Below are positions 51,239 through 63,200 of a stretch of DNA of 64,000 nt, one piece after another. Source of the stretch: Rhizaria sp. SCN 62-66. Taxonomy: Eukaryota. The stretch covers positions 1 to 64,000 of the forward strand of contig MEDY01000139.1 in the NCBI GenBank assembly GCA_001724265.1, given 5' to 3'. The first letter of the stretch is position 1. Each line of letters opens with the position of its first letter. Made by a program: the position numbers and the translations under genes. The notes beneath the pieces were generated by a model. It did not search any database and was not told the DNA's origin. It saw only the letters and a program-made list of their open reading frames with translations.

Positions 51239-54200
51239 ATGAACGGCCACACGCGTCGCGGCAGCAGCGCCGCCTCGCTCCTCGTTCCCCCCGGCTCCAC
51301 TGCCTCCGGCAGCGGCGGCCTCAACGCGAACGCGCTCGGCGACGGCCCCCGTCCTTACGGTACTGATTTCACCAATGCCATTCACCCCACGGTTGCTCCG
51401 CTTGCTGTCTCTCTCGCGTCTCAGAGCGCGTCTGACTCGACCGCGGCCGCGTCCGCAGCTGCGTTCGCTCCTGCAAGCTCTGCATCGCTGTCGACGTCGA
51501 CGTCGCTCGCGCACAGTCGTTCTGCCGCCGACGCGTACGGGCCCGTGCAGCAGAGCGCCTCACAGCCCGCTGGCGCGCAGTCTGCGTCTGCGTCCGCGTT
51601 TGCGTCGGCGTCAGCGTCGGCGTCAGCGTCAGCGTCTGTTTCGCTGTCCATCGCCTCTGTTCCACACAGTGGGCCGCCTGGCGCGGCCAACGCTGCTGCT
51701 GCCACTGCTGGAGACGGCGCGAACGGCTCTGGCGGCGGCGCTGGGCAACATAAGCTGCAGCTCCCACGGTCTCCATCGCCGCTGCCGCCGCTGTCGCCGG
51801 CGCAGTCACAACCGCTGCACGCGCACACACACGCACACGCGTACGCGCACACACACGCACACGGACACGGGCGGCACTTGCAGTTGTCGCCGCTGCCGCC
51901 GTCGCCGCTGAGCGGCGCGTCCCAGAGTCACTCTTCCGCTGCCCACGGTCACTCTGTCCACGGTCACCAGCCCCCGGGGGCTGCGCAGAGTGGCAGCACT
52001 CAACCGGGTTCACTGGGGGCATATATTCACCACTCGCGGCCACCGTCGCGCACCAACACGCGCATGAGCGACGACAGGACCAGCAGCAACGGCAGCAGCA
52101 ACAACAGCAACAACAACAGCAGTAGCAGCAGCAACGCCATGGACCGCAGCAGCAGTAGTATCAACTCTCTTCACCAACACCAGCAATTACAGCAGTCGCC
52201 GCAGTCGCCGCAGAAGCAACATCAGCTCGACGGGCCTGGTCAAAATCCGCACGGCAACGCGCGCGCGAGCACAAGCCAAGAATTTTACCGCAGAAGTGGC
52301 AGACCGGGTCACCATACGCATCGCCAGCACCAGCCTCAGCCCTACCATCATAATCAACAGCAACATCAGCTGCAACACCAAGAACAGCAGCCGGCGTCAT
52401 ATCTCCAGCTTGGGAGGCGAAACAGCAGCAGCAGCAGTAGCAGCAGCAACGCTAGCAGCAGCGCCAGCGCCAGCAGCGTGCAGCCGCAGCTGTTTGTATC
52501 CACCCCTAACACAACCACGCACACGCTCGGCAGCAGCCTCAGCTTCGGGGGCCCACACCACAGCAACAGCAGCAGCAGCAGCAGCGGCGGCGACAGCGGC
52601 AGCGGCAGCGGCAGCGGCCACGGCAGCGGCAGCGGCCACGGTGGCGGCCGCGGTAGCAGCGGCGGCGCAGCGGGCTCTGCACAGTTCTACGCCCCCGCGG
52701 CCGCGGCAGCGTACTTGTCATCATCTTTGTCGTCGTCAGCGTACAACACCAACGTGGGCGGGTACTACATCGGCGCTGCGAGCCTCCTCAGCCACGGCCA
52801 CGGCCACAACCTGCTGCACTCGACGACGGTGCCGTCGCCGCGGCGCTCGCTGCAGATCACCACGCGCACGCCGTCGCCGCGGCCGCCCGCTCCGCCGGGC
52901 CAGCCGCCTGCGCACCAGTCGCCCGCGCACCGGCGACCCACGCCTGCCCCGTCGCCCTCGCCTGTGGCAGCCTCATCTGTGGCAGCCTCGCCGGTTGCGG
53001 CGGCCCGCAGTGGTCAGCCTCCGCGCAGAGGCAACGGGAGGAGTGGCAACGGCAACGGCAACGGCGGCGCCAGTGGCAGACAGACGCCGGCTGCCTCGCC
53101 CAAAGCAGAGGCGCCGACGGCGACCGGGCCCGCTCTCAGCGCTGGTCTGACGCCCGTGTCTCTCTCCGCCACCGTGCCAGTGCCGTTGTCGGTGCCGGTG
53201 CCTGCGGGCGCGAGCGGCGGGGGCAACGTCACGCCGGCACGCCGGTTCTGGACCGACGGGCCCGCGCTGGCGGCCGCGGCGGCCGCGACGGCGACCCGAC
53301 CGGGCACCGTGGGCGCGGCCATGGCCGAACACGCCACCACCGGCCATGGCCAAGGCGGTGGCGGCGGCGGATGCTACGCTCGGAGCGGTGAGGCGAAGAG
53401 CAGCGACGCAGCCGCCACAGCTGTTGCAGGCAGCGGCAGCAGCAGTAGCAACAGCAGTACTAGTGCTTGTTTTGCATCGCCGCAGCCTTTGTCGCTGACA
53501 CCGTCGCCGTCGCCGTCGCCGACATCTTCCGCGCAGCTCGCGCGGGCCGCGGCCGCGGCTGCGGCGGCAACGCTGGCGGCGGCGACGGCGGCCGAGGCGA
53601 GCAGCAGCCGGTTCCCGCTGCTGGCGTCGCAGGCGGCGGCGGGCGGCGTGCCCGCGCCGCCGCTACTGCCGCTGTGGCGCAAGCCTGGCGGCCTCTCGCC
53701 GCGCTCTGCGCTGCCCTCGCCGCACCACCAGGAGCAGCGGCAGGAGCAACAACAGCAGCATCAACAACAACAGCAGCACGATAGACATACACAGCAGCCA
53801 CTGCACCAGGATCATCAATATCAGAGCGATCACGCGAGACTGTTTGAGCAGCAGCAGCAGCAGCAATTGATGCAGCAGCTCCGACAGCACAAGCAGCAAC
53901 TACTGCAACAGGTGCACGCGCAGGCCCAGTCGCGCCCGTGGCCGCCGCTGACGCCGTCGCCGTCGCGGCCCTCATCGCGGCCGCAGTCGCGTAGCGGTAC
54001 CGGGGCGACGCGTCCGCCGTCGCGCATCGGCCACTCTCGCCCACCGTCACGGCTTGAATTCTCGACGGGGGGACGCCTTGACTTTACGTCGGCGGTTCGT
54101 GGCGACGGGAGCTCCACCAGCACCTCGTCGGGGCCGCTGTCAAGCGCGGGCACTGTGTCGGCAGCGGCCTCCATGTCGCATAGTGGGATGCAGTCGCAGC

Positions 54201-57200
54201 CGCTGCACCACCAGCAGCCTGCGCTGTACCAGCACCAGATCCACCACTCGCACTCGAATCTGCAAATGCAGCCGCAGTCGCGGCACAACAATGACCCGGG
54301 CGCGCACCCGCAGCACTGGTCCCCGCGGTACAGCGTCGGCAGCAGCAGCAGCAGCAGCGCCAGCTCGCCGTATCGCGGCAGCACCAGCGCGCACGACTAC
54401 GCCCCGGACGCGTTTGCGCACAGCAGTCACTACGAAGTCGGCTCCGCTCCGTTCACGAGCCATCGTCTCGACTTCGGGGCAGTCGACTGCCGGCCCTCCG
54501 ATGCGGAGAGCGCGCGACCTAACATCGAGCTATCAAGCCACAGCTTTAGCCGCACTGTGTCGCGCGAGGGCTTCCAAAGCGTGCATTCTCAGTCTCCATA
54601 CCAGCTTTACCACAACCACCAACAGCCGCAACAGCAGCAGCAACACCACCAGCAGCAGCACTGGCAGCAATCGCCTCCGCATCTGATGCCACTATCCCAG
54701 TCGCAGCCACAGCCTGCGCCTGAGACAACCACGAGCGCGCTGATTGTTGACGACGGCACGACTTCGAGCTCCAGCTCCAGCTTCACGCGCAGCGGCAGCG
54801 CCAGCAGCAGCGCTGCTGGAAGCGCGACCGAGCACAACGTCGACGGCGAGACCAGGGACACGGACGGCGATGACAGCGACGACTATGCCGGTGCGCGCCT
54901 GTCGTTTTCGCGCCACCACAGCAACTACACCGACTCTGACCACGTCAATCCCGGTGGCAACACGGCGAACGGCAACAGCTTTGTCGTCATCGCTGGCGAC
55001 GTCCGCAGCGGGCTCTCGCTCCGTGACGGCGACTGCGCTGCGGACAACTGCGACGCCGCAGTGGCCACGACGGGCGAGATTGTCATGACGGGTACCCGCG
55101 CCGAGAGCCCGAACAGCAAACACATCCGCAACAACAGCCGCGTGTTGAGCCGAGTCCCCAGCAGCGGTGGCGCGCCCCGGAACCGACACAGCAGCCGCCG
55201 CAGCAGCTCCGGCGCGCACCACCTCCGCCACCACAGCCCCGCGTCGATGGCCGACAACAGCGGTGCCGGGCAGAGCGGGCTCTCTGGCGGCGCGCACAAG
55301 CGGCGCAGCCGGAGCAAGCACCCTACTCTGGCGGACACCGACGCCCCGAACGCGGCGGCCTCTGCGGCCGCGGGCGGCGCGAGCGGGCGCCGCACGACGG
55401 CGGACAGCGACGCGAGCAGCGGCGCAATTGTGACCGCGGTGATCCCGGACACGTTCGCGCAGTCGGGGTTGGGCCGGCGGCTGACGATGATGGCCGCGAC
55501 CTCGGCCGGCAGCTCTGTCACCACCACTACCACCGCGACCGCGACCTCCCCTGCGACTGCGACGGCGGCGACGACCGAGGCCGACGGTCTCAGCTCAGTC
55601 ACGCGCGCCGACTCGCTCACGGCGACGGTGGCGACGGTAACGGCGACCGCGACGGCCAGTCGCACCGTGAGCGCCGTCGCGCGGCAGCTCGCTGCCGTCG
55701 ACGTCTCCGCGCCTAGCACGGTCGACCGCGGCGCGCTGGCGCTCACTGGGTGCGGCAGCGGCGGCGGCAGCGGCAGCGGCGACAGCCTCGGTCAGGCGCC
55801 GCATTTGACGACGGACCTGTTGACGCCGCACTCGGTCACGGCGTCATCGCCGTCAGTGCTGCTCTCGCCCACCAATAGTACCGCGGCCGCGGCCGCCGCG
55901 GCCACAGCGACGGCCGCCGTGATCGCCGCCGCCGCGGTCAACGCTGCGGGCAACGTCGGCGGCGCGGCCGTCTCTGGCAGCGGTGCCGGACCGATGAGCC
56001 CGCGCCCGGGCGGGTATCTGCGCCGCGTGAGCATCGCTTCGGTCCCCTCGCTCCTCGTTGCCACGCAACAGGGCGGCGGCGGCGGCGGCTTACTTTCTGA
56101 GAGGCACGCGCAGGGGGCCGCGCCGTGGCTGCACAGCCCTCTTCACGGCCAAGTCATCACCCCTGGGCACGGCCGCGTCGGCACCCCCGCGAGTGCGAGC
56201 ATCAACACCCCCAGTAATCTAAGCACCCCTGGCTCGACCTCCCTCGGCTCACGCGGGCTGCTCCTGTCACCGCAAGCCACGGCCGCGCACGTGATGTCGC
56301 CCGGCGGCGCCTACAGCACCGGCTCGTTTGCTGGCAGCACGTTCTCCGGTGGCGCGCGCACGCCGGGCTCGTTCCCGTCCGCGCAGTTGCGCGCGGGCCT
56401 GCCTGCCGGCGTTGCCAGCGTGAACGCGAGTCCTAGCGCGAATTCGTACTTCGTGACGCCGCTCACGTGCAATCCACGCGTCGTTTCTGGCCAGAACACG
56501 GGCGCCGCTGCAAACGGCGCAGCGGAGAACGCAGCGAGCGGGGTGCGACCCGACGAGCGGCTTGGAGTTGGTGAGTGGCAGTGGGGTTGGGAGGGTGGGA
56601 AGCAACAAAACTTGCCCAATACACCCGATAGCTCGACACCGCGGATGACAGAACCAGTGCAGGCACATGTTCAGAGAAACAAGGCGCGGGCTAAAACGGC
56701 GACGTCGATGAGACCTGCCACAATTGACACCTCCACGCTAGTGCAGACTGAATCCCACATGTCGACGTCGACACTGACTCAAACCAGTGCCCACATGGCG
56801 ACGCCTGAGAGCAGCTCTTTATCTCTGTCCACAACTGTTGGGCGTGTTGATGGCAGTATGGATGACAACAAGGCCCCTGGCCGTGGGGACAGTCGCAGAG
56901 ACCAAGCCAACTTCAGCGGCCAGGGCCCGCTGGACTGGCCGTCGCCGCGCTTTTTTCTGACCGAGCAGCAACAAAAACAACCATTCTACGTCAAGAATGA
57001 GGGCGTCGACGGGAACGTGGATGGTCTTGACGCTGACGCACTCCCGAGTGCGCTGTGTCCCACGGTTGTTCGCACGGACAGCACGAACAGTGTGACCGCG
57101 GGTGCTTCTGGACTCTTTAGCTCCTTCTCACCGGCTACGAGGCCGCGGCCGCAGTCGCCGTCACATGTGTCTCCGTTTGCTCACTTGTCTACGCTCTCCG

Positions 57201-60200
57201 CAGCGGCTGCGGTTGCAACGGCGGCTGAGCATGTCGACTTAGAGCAGCGCAGTCCGGTACACGGCCGTGACTTCCTTGTGCATGGACCTCTGTCTGACAG
57301 TGAAAGCGATAATGCCGGCGAAAACGACGTCGACGAGGCTTTGCAAGCGACACAACTTGTGTTCGACCAGCAGGATCATTACGCTCAGAACTTGCAACCA
57401 GAGTGCGACTATGATGAAGGCGATGATTATGACTGCAGCCCAAGCAGCAATCGAAATGCTATTGACTCCTTTGATCAAGAGCATCTTGCTGCGCACGGTC
57501 GTTTAACCGATTCTTGTACCAGCAGGAGCAGGCAGCTGCGGTTGTCGCAAATGCCGCGCGCGAGCTTCAGTGACAACAAATCGATGAGCGCGAACGAGAC
57601 GAGCAACAACGACATGAGCAGCAGCAACGTGACGAACACGCACAGCGACGATGTCGAGGAGAATGTTGCTGTCTACAGTGTCAAGCACAATGCCTCTCTA
57701 GACATTCGCTATCCTCATGCAGCCACCGCGACCGGCGCTAGCACAAGTGTTTCGTCTCAGTCAATCTCCGCTGCCGGTGCAAACACACAGTCCGAGGCTG
57801 CTTACATGAACTCGAACAATGACGCCTCTCCTGACGTCCACTGTCAGTGCGGCGAGTGCGTTATTTGCGCACGCAGACGTCGTTTCAGGCTCTCGTTTGA
57901 TGCAATTTCTGACAGCGACAGCAGCAGTGGCTTCGGCACTAATATGACCAAGATCGAGAATGACGCCGAAATGATGCATAATGCGCGCGACCCAGCATCG
58001 TATGCTGAATGCTTAGGTAACGCGGCTGGAAACAACATTGATAGCGATAACATGGCCAATATTGCCCCGAACAGCAACGTCGACGCAACCATGAATAGTA
58101 TCACTCAGTACGAGTCCTTTAATGCGACCGAAGTCGCGGTAACTGCGACGAACGATGCCAACCTGCCTGGTTCTCCCGCGCCCATGATCGAGGCTAGAAA
58201 CGTGCGTGGTGGCATGCGCATCTCTTTGCGCGGCACTACTCGTGGCCGTGGACACCGGCGAAGTCGCTCGCAGAGCCTCAGTCGCTCGCACTCGCGATCG
58301 CGGTCACAGTCGCGGTCGCGGTCGCACTCGCAAGCGCAGTCGCCGCGCGCTGACGACAGCAGTCACAATAGCAACGCTCCGCACCAGCTGATGGGTGTGA
58401 ACGCTCACCTGATGCAGCGTCTCTGCCACTCAGCTCTCGATGATGATGGCGAGCGCGGCCTCGCACGGCCCCGCGGACACAGCCTCTCTGAGATGTCCGC
58501 TCAAAACGAGTGCGACAGCGAGTCCACCTCTGACCACAGCAGCGACGCGAGCAGTCTCACAGGAGATTCGCCAGCCATGTTCACTGAGCCCACGAAGCCG
58601 TCCACCCCCACCGTTCGCAGTACGAATACTCCCACGTCTCCCACGAGGCATTCGAGCCACAATGGTGTTACATGTGCCGCTATCAGTAACACCGTCAGTA
58701 CTGCCGCACCGAACGCGAGCCGTGCGCTTCAAGAGCTTTCGTTTGCAGGCTCACAGGCCAACAATAATCCGCTCATTTGCCGCACGAATGCAGCACTTGC
58801 TGGACCAATGGTCAGAAATGGTGACTGCGTAAGCGTGGCTGCTTTGACTGCGGGCACCGTGCTGAGCGCGGGCAGCGCCCTTCTCCGCGCCAGCAGCCTC
58901 GAGTCCCTTCGCAGTGCAGAGTCGGCCCTGTCGCTGTCGCTGCCCACGCCGACCATGTTTGGCGCCGGTGCTTCTGTCACGGAGCCGCCGACGCTGACTG
59001 TTGCGTCGCCAGTGTCGCACATGTCAACTGACTTAGCGACCGGGACGCCGCAAACCATGACGATGCCCGCGGGTGCGCTGTATGGAGGCGACGGCAACGG
59101 CAACACGGACGGGATTCACGCCGTTCCAGAGTATTTTGCGGATGATGATAACAACCTGTACGTGTCGTATGACGGCGGCGCCACGTTAGCGCCGCACCAG
59201 ACCACCGCTGACTGCGTCATTGTCGAGATGTCTCCAGACTCTGCTGCGTACGCAGCCTCAAGCGGCGCCTTATTTACAACTGACTCTTTGTCGCCACAGG
59301 CTGTTTTTGCGACGAGCGAGGGCACACTTGCGCCCACTCTTAAGCTGCGCCAAGAGCAACAACAACGAGCCGCGGCGCTGGCTGCTGAGCGCGCTGAGCG
59401 TGAGTCCGCGACCACAGCCGAGCTCGCAGCGAACGACGACCGCGTTGAGGGCCTCATCCTCGAGGCGCGCCGTGAGCCCGAGTTGCGTCGGTGGGAACGC
59501 GGCGAGACGCTGCTGCGCGCCAGCCTCGTCAACTCTGTCACACTTGCGTACGCCGATGACGAGAATGAGCGGTTGTACGCGAAAAGTCTGTTTGAGAATC
59601 GTCACACTCTCGTGTCGACACAGCTTGTGCCTGCGCTGTGGATGCTGGCGTTTGCGGCTGCGTTCACGTCCGCGGTCACTGCTACTCTGGCCTCAGCTGT
59701 GGCACCAGTGACTTCCCAGGCCGTTGCTCTCCACAATTCTGCGATCAGCATTGCTGGTGTCACCGTCTCTGGGGAGGGCGTGCTGGCTGCGATGGTGACT
59801 GCGATTGCCCGTATCACCGCATCACCGCTGACTCCTGCTCTGTCACTGTCTCTCGGCTCAACAGCGCCATTACTTCTTGCTTTCACCTCTCTCGTGAACC
59901 GCCACAGCAGCTCCGCACCTCGCTACATCAAGGACAAATACTCACACAACACTTACAAGGTCATTCACGGCGCAATGTGTCTGTTATTTGCACTTGCGCT
60001 GTTTGTTCCCTTGGTGCTGCTGCAATGCGACAGCGAGGTTGTCACAATTTTTTCCGTACTTTACGCCGTGGTTACCGTCACTCTCTTCGTTCTCCCGAGC
60101 CAGATTAGCTTGGCGCTCTGCGTTTTAATCACAATGACACTTGCTCTTTTCAGTACTGATGTAACCATGCTGGTCGCGGCCACATTATTTGTGGCAGTGG

Positions 60201-63200
60201 TGACGGCGACTCTCTCACGTTTTCATGACGCAGCATCGCGCGCTAATTACACACGCTCACTGCTGCGCAAGCAAAGCGGGAATCACCGCCGCGAGCTCGT
60301 CGCAAACCTGGTCCCGCCTCGCGTTGCCCGCGAACTGCGCAAGCTGAACGCGCACAACAGCAGCAATAATGTCGACGCTTCACTTGACTCGAACGCTGCC
60401 CCGACAGATGCTGCCGCGATGCTCGGTAGTCCAACTGTATCGGCCGTAGCGACTGCTTCAGTTATTGCATCTGCCGCGGCGACGTATGCCGAGCGTCACG
60501 ACTGCGTGTCTGTGCTGTTTTCGGACATTAAGGGCTTTACCGAGTTCTCTGCAAACGTGTCGCCGGTCGAGCTGGTCGGTAACCTGAACCTGCTCTACAC
60601 CGTTTTTGACCATATCACGACGGTTCACAACGTGCTGAAGGTCGAGACAATCGGCGACGCGTATATGCTCGCTGCAGGCATGGAGGCGCTTTCGCAGAAG
60701 TCGAGCACTCGTCTCCGGAGTGACGGGGATAACGGTGATATTGGTCACGCGACGCGCATAACGGCGTGCGGTTTCGATATGATAGACGCACTGCGCATCA
60801 TCCACGTGCAGACCGCGCGGCGCGTTGTGCCCCCTGAGGTCAAGCGCTCACGCTCCAAGTCAATCTCCGATCGTCCCAACGCTGAGCCCACTGCTGAAGT
60901 GGCTGCTGCTGTCATGGACGGAGAGTCCACCGGCAGCGCTGACATCAACATCGCGGGCGATAGACCTGACGGCGTGAACAAAGCCAACTCATCGGAAGCA
61001 GCAGTTTCAAACGAACCGGTCATGCTGCCGCCGCTGTCGATGCGCATCGGCATCCACACGGGCGCGCTCGTGGCGGGCGTCGTCGGCCAAAAGGTCCCGC
61101 GCTATCACATCTTTGGCGACACGGTTGCCATCGCGAACCTGATGGAGTCCGCGGGCGAGGCGGGCCGCGTGCAGGTGACGCACGCGACGGCCGAGCAACT
61201 CGAGGCTGAGGCCGTGTTCCCAGTCGTGTACCGCGGCTGCGTGCGCAAGGGCGGCCACGCCGTGCACTCGTACTGGGCGTACCGCAACGAAGGCACGCTG
61301 AGCCGCGATCTCGATTTCCTCAAGGACAACACTAAGGTGGAGGCTCCGGCCCGTGAAGTTAATCATACGAGCCCTCAGCAAGGGCAGTATGATCTTGCAG
61401 CGAACGGTTTTATCGGCAGCCCTGTTGACGGCGCGAACAACGGGCCGCTGCGGCAATGGCAGCACTTCCGCGCTCAGCAGCAGATGCGCCAAGCAATGCT
61501 GCAGGAGCAGCGCACAGCGGCTGCAGGCAACAGCGACAATTTCAGTGTTTGCGACGTCGATGAGAGCTTTTACTACGGCCAGTCTCAGTATGACAACAAC
61601 GACGACGCCGACTCACAGTACTACATCAACTCTAGTCGCTATTACAACGGTGACGACAGTCAAAGCGACAGTTTCTACCTCGACAACAGTACAAGCCAAT
61701 ATTATGACCCTGATTACGGGTCTGAAATGAACTCGGAATACCTATTCTACCCAAGAATCCCAAGCGCCAACGTGTACAACACTCGCTTGCAACAAAGTCA
61801 ACTCGATGCTCGCAGTGCTGCAAATGGCGGTGGCGAGAATACGAGCCGCAGCCGCGATGTGTGGGGCATCCAGCGCGACTGGGAACGGTTTATTGCTGTT
61901 GACAGTAACGCCAACTCGCTTCACGACGCGGCGGACAGACTGTCGGCTAACAACAATGGTCCTTCCCAGGCTTTTTCTCCGCTGAGCCCCGCTGCAAGGT
62001 TGCCCAACGCGTCTAGCTTTGGCAGAAATAACTCGGGGTGTAACAACACCAACGAGTATTACGATGCTGGAGGCGATTTTGACAGCTCAAGCAGCAGCGG
62101 TCGCAGCATTAGCTGTATGGGTGCTGCTCCACTCGACTCGCACTTCGTCCCGGGCTCAAGTAGTGTTGCAATTATCGACAACGACTTTGCGCAGGTGCAA
62201 GATGCACATCCCCGCGATGATGAGACTTTCGGCAATTCAGAGGGTTCGTCTATTACTCAACACCCTTTTGTTGGGAGCACCAGCCCTGCGCCCCGCAGCC
62301 GCAGTCGCAACCAACTGATTCGCTCGGCGTACCCAGCCAAGCCAAGCAGCTCTCTCGGTACGAACACTGCCAAGCACAGTCCTACGAACCACCACGATCA
62401 TTCCAACCCAGATGTGGGTCTTCGTAGCCCATTTGAGCAGCTCAGAGCTCTTGACACCCAATTCCTGCCCCAGCCGACGCCGTCACCACCCCCAGCAGCA
62501 CCTGTCTCGTCCTCGTCGGAGCATTCGCAGTCGCAGTCATCTTCATCTGCATCATCGTCATTTTGCTCTCCTTACGTGTCACCAGAACTACAATATAACC
62601 GGCTTCTGCAGTCTGCGGCGCTCCCACCGACTGTGACCAGCACCGCGAACAACGCAACGTCCATGTCCAATTTTAGCGGTAATGCAGCGCGCTACCAGGA
62701 GTACCATGAGTCGCAACAGGCTCAGCGGCACCAGCAGCCGATTCAGCCCATCATAATCGGGGCTGCTTCATCATCAGCATCGATGCTGACTGCAGCCCCC
62801 CCTTCACAGTCACAGTCGTCCCCACAGCATATGCCGCAGTCACATCAACAACCGTCAGTGTACTCGCAATCACCCTCCCGAACGCTGCGCTCGCGCACTC
62901 CGTCACCGTTGATCTCGCAGTCGTCATTGCGGAGCTCATTGCCCTCGCACCCGCAGCAGCAACTGCCGTCCACCAAGCTTTCCGCGCAGCTGCAGCTGCC
63001 TGTTCCAGCGCAGCTGCCGGACGTGCTTGAGGACGACGCCGAAGTTGCCGCTGCCGCAGCGCGCGCTGCATCACCGCTCGTGCAGTTTTCATCTGGCTTT
63101 GTCTGGCCGACTGTCGCCGCGACATCCATCGCAGCTACAGTGGGCACACCCGCGCAAGCGGGGCTGACGCCGCCACCGACAGCGACAACGCTTGGTGTAT

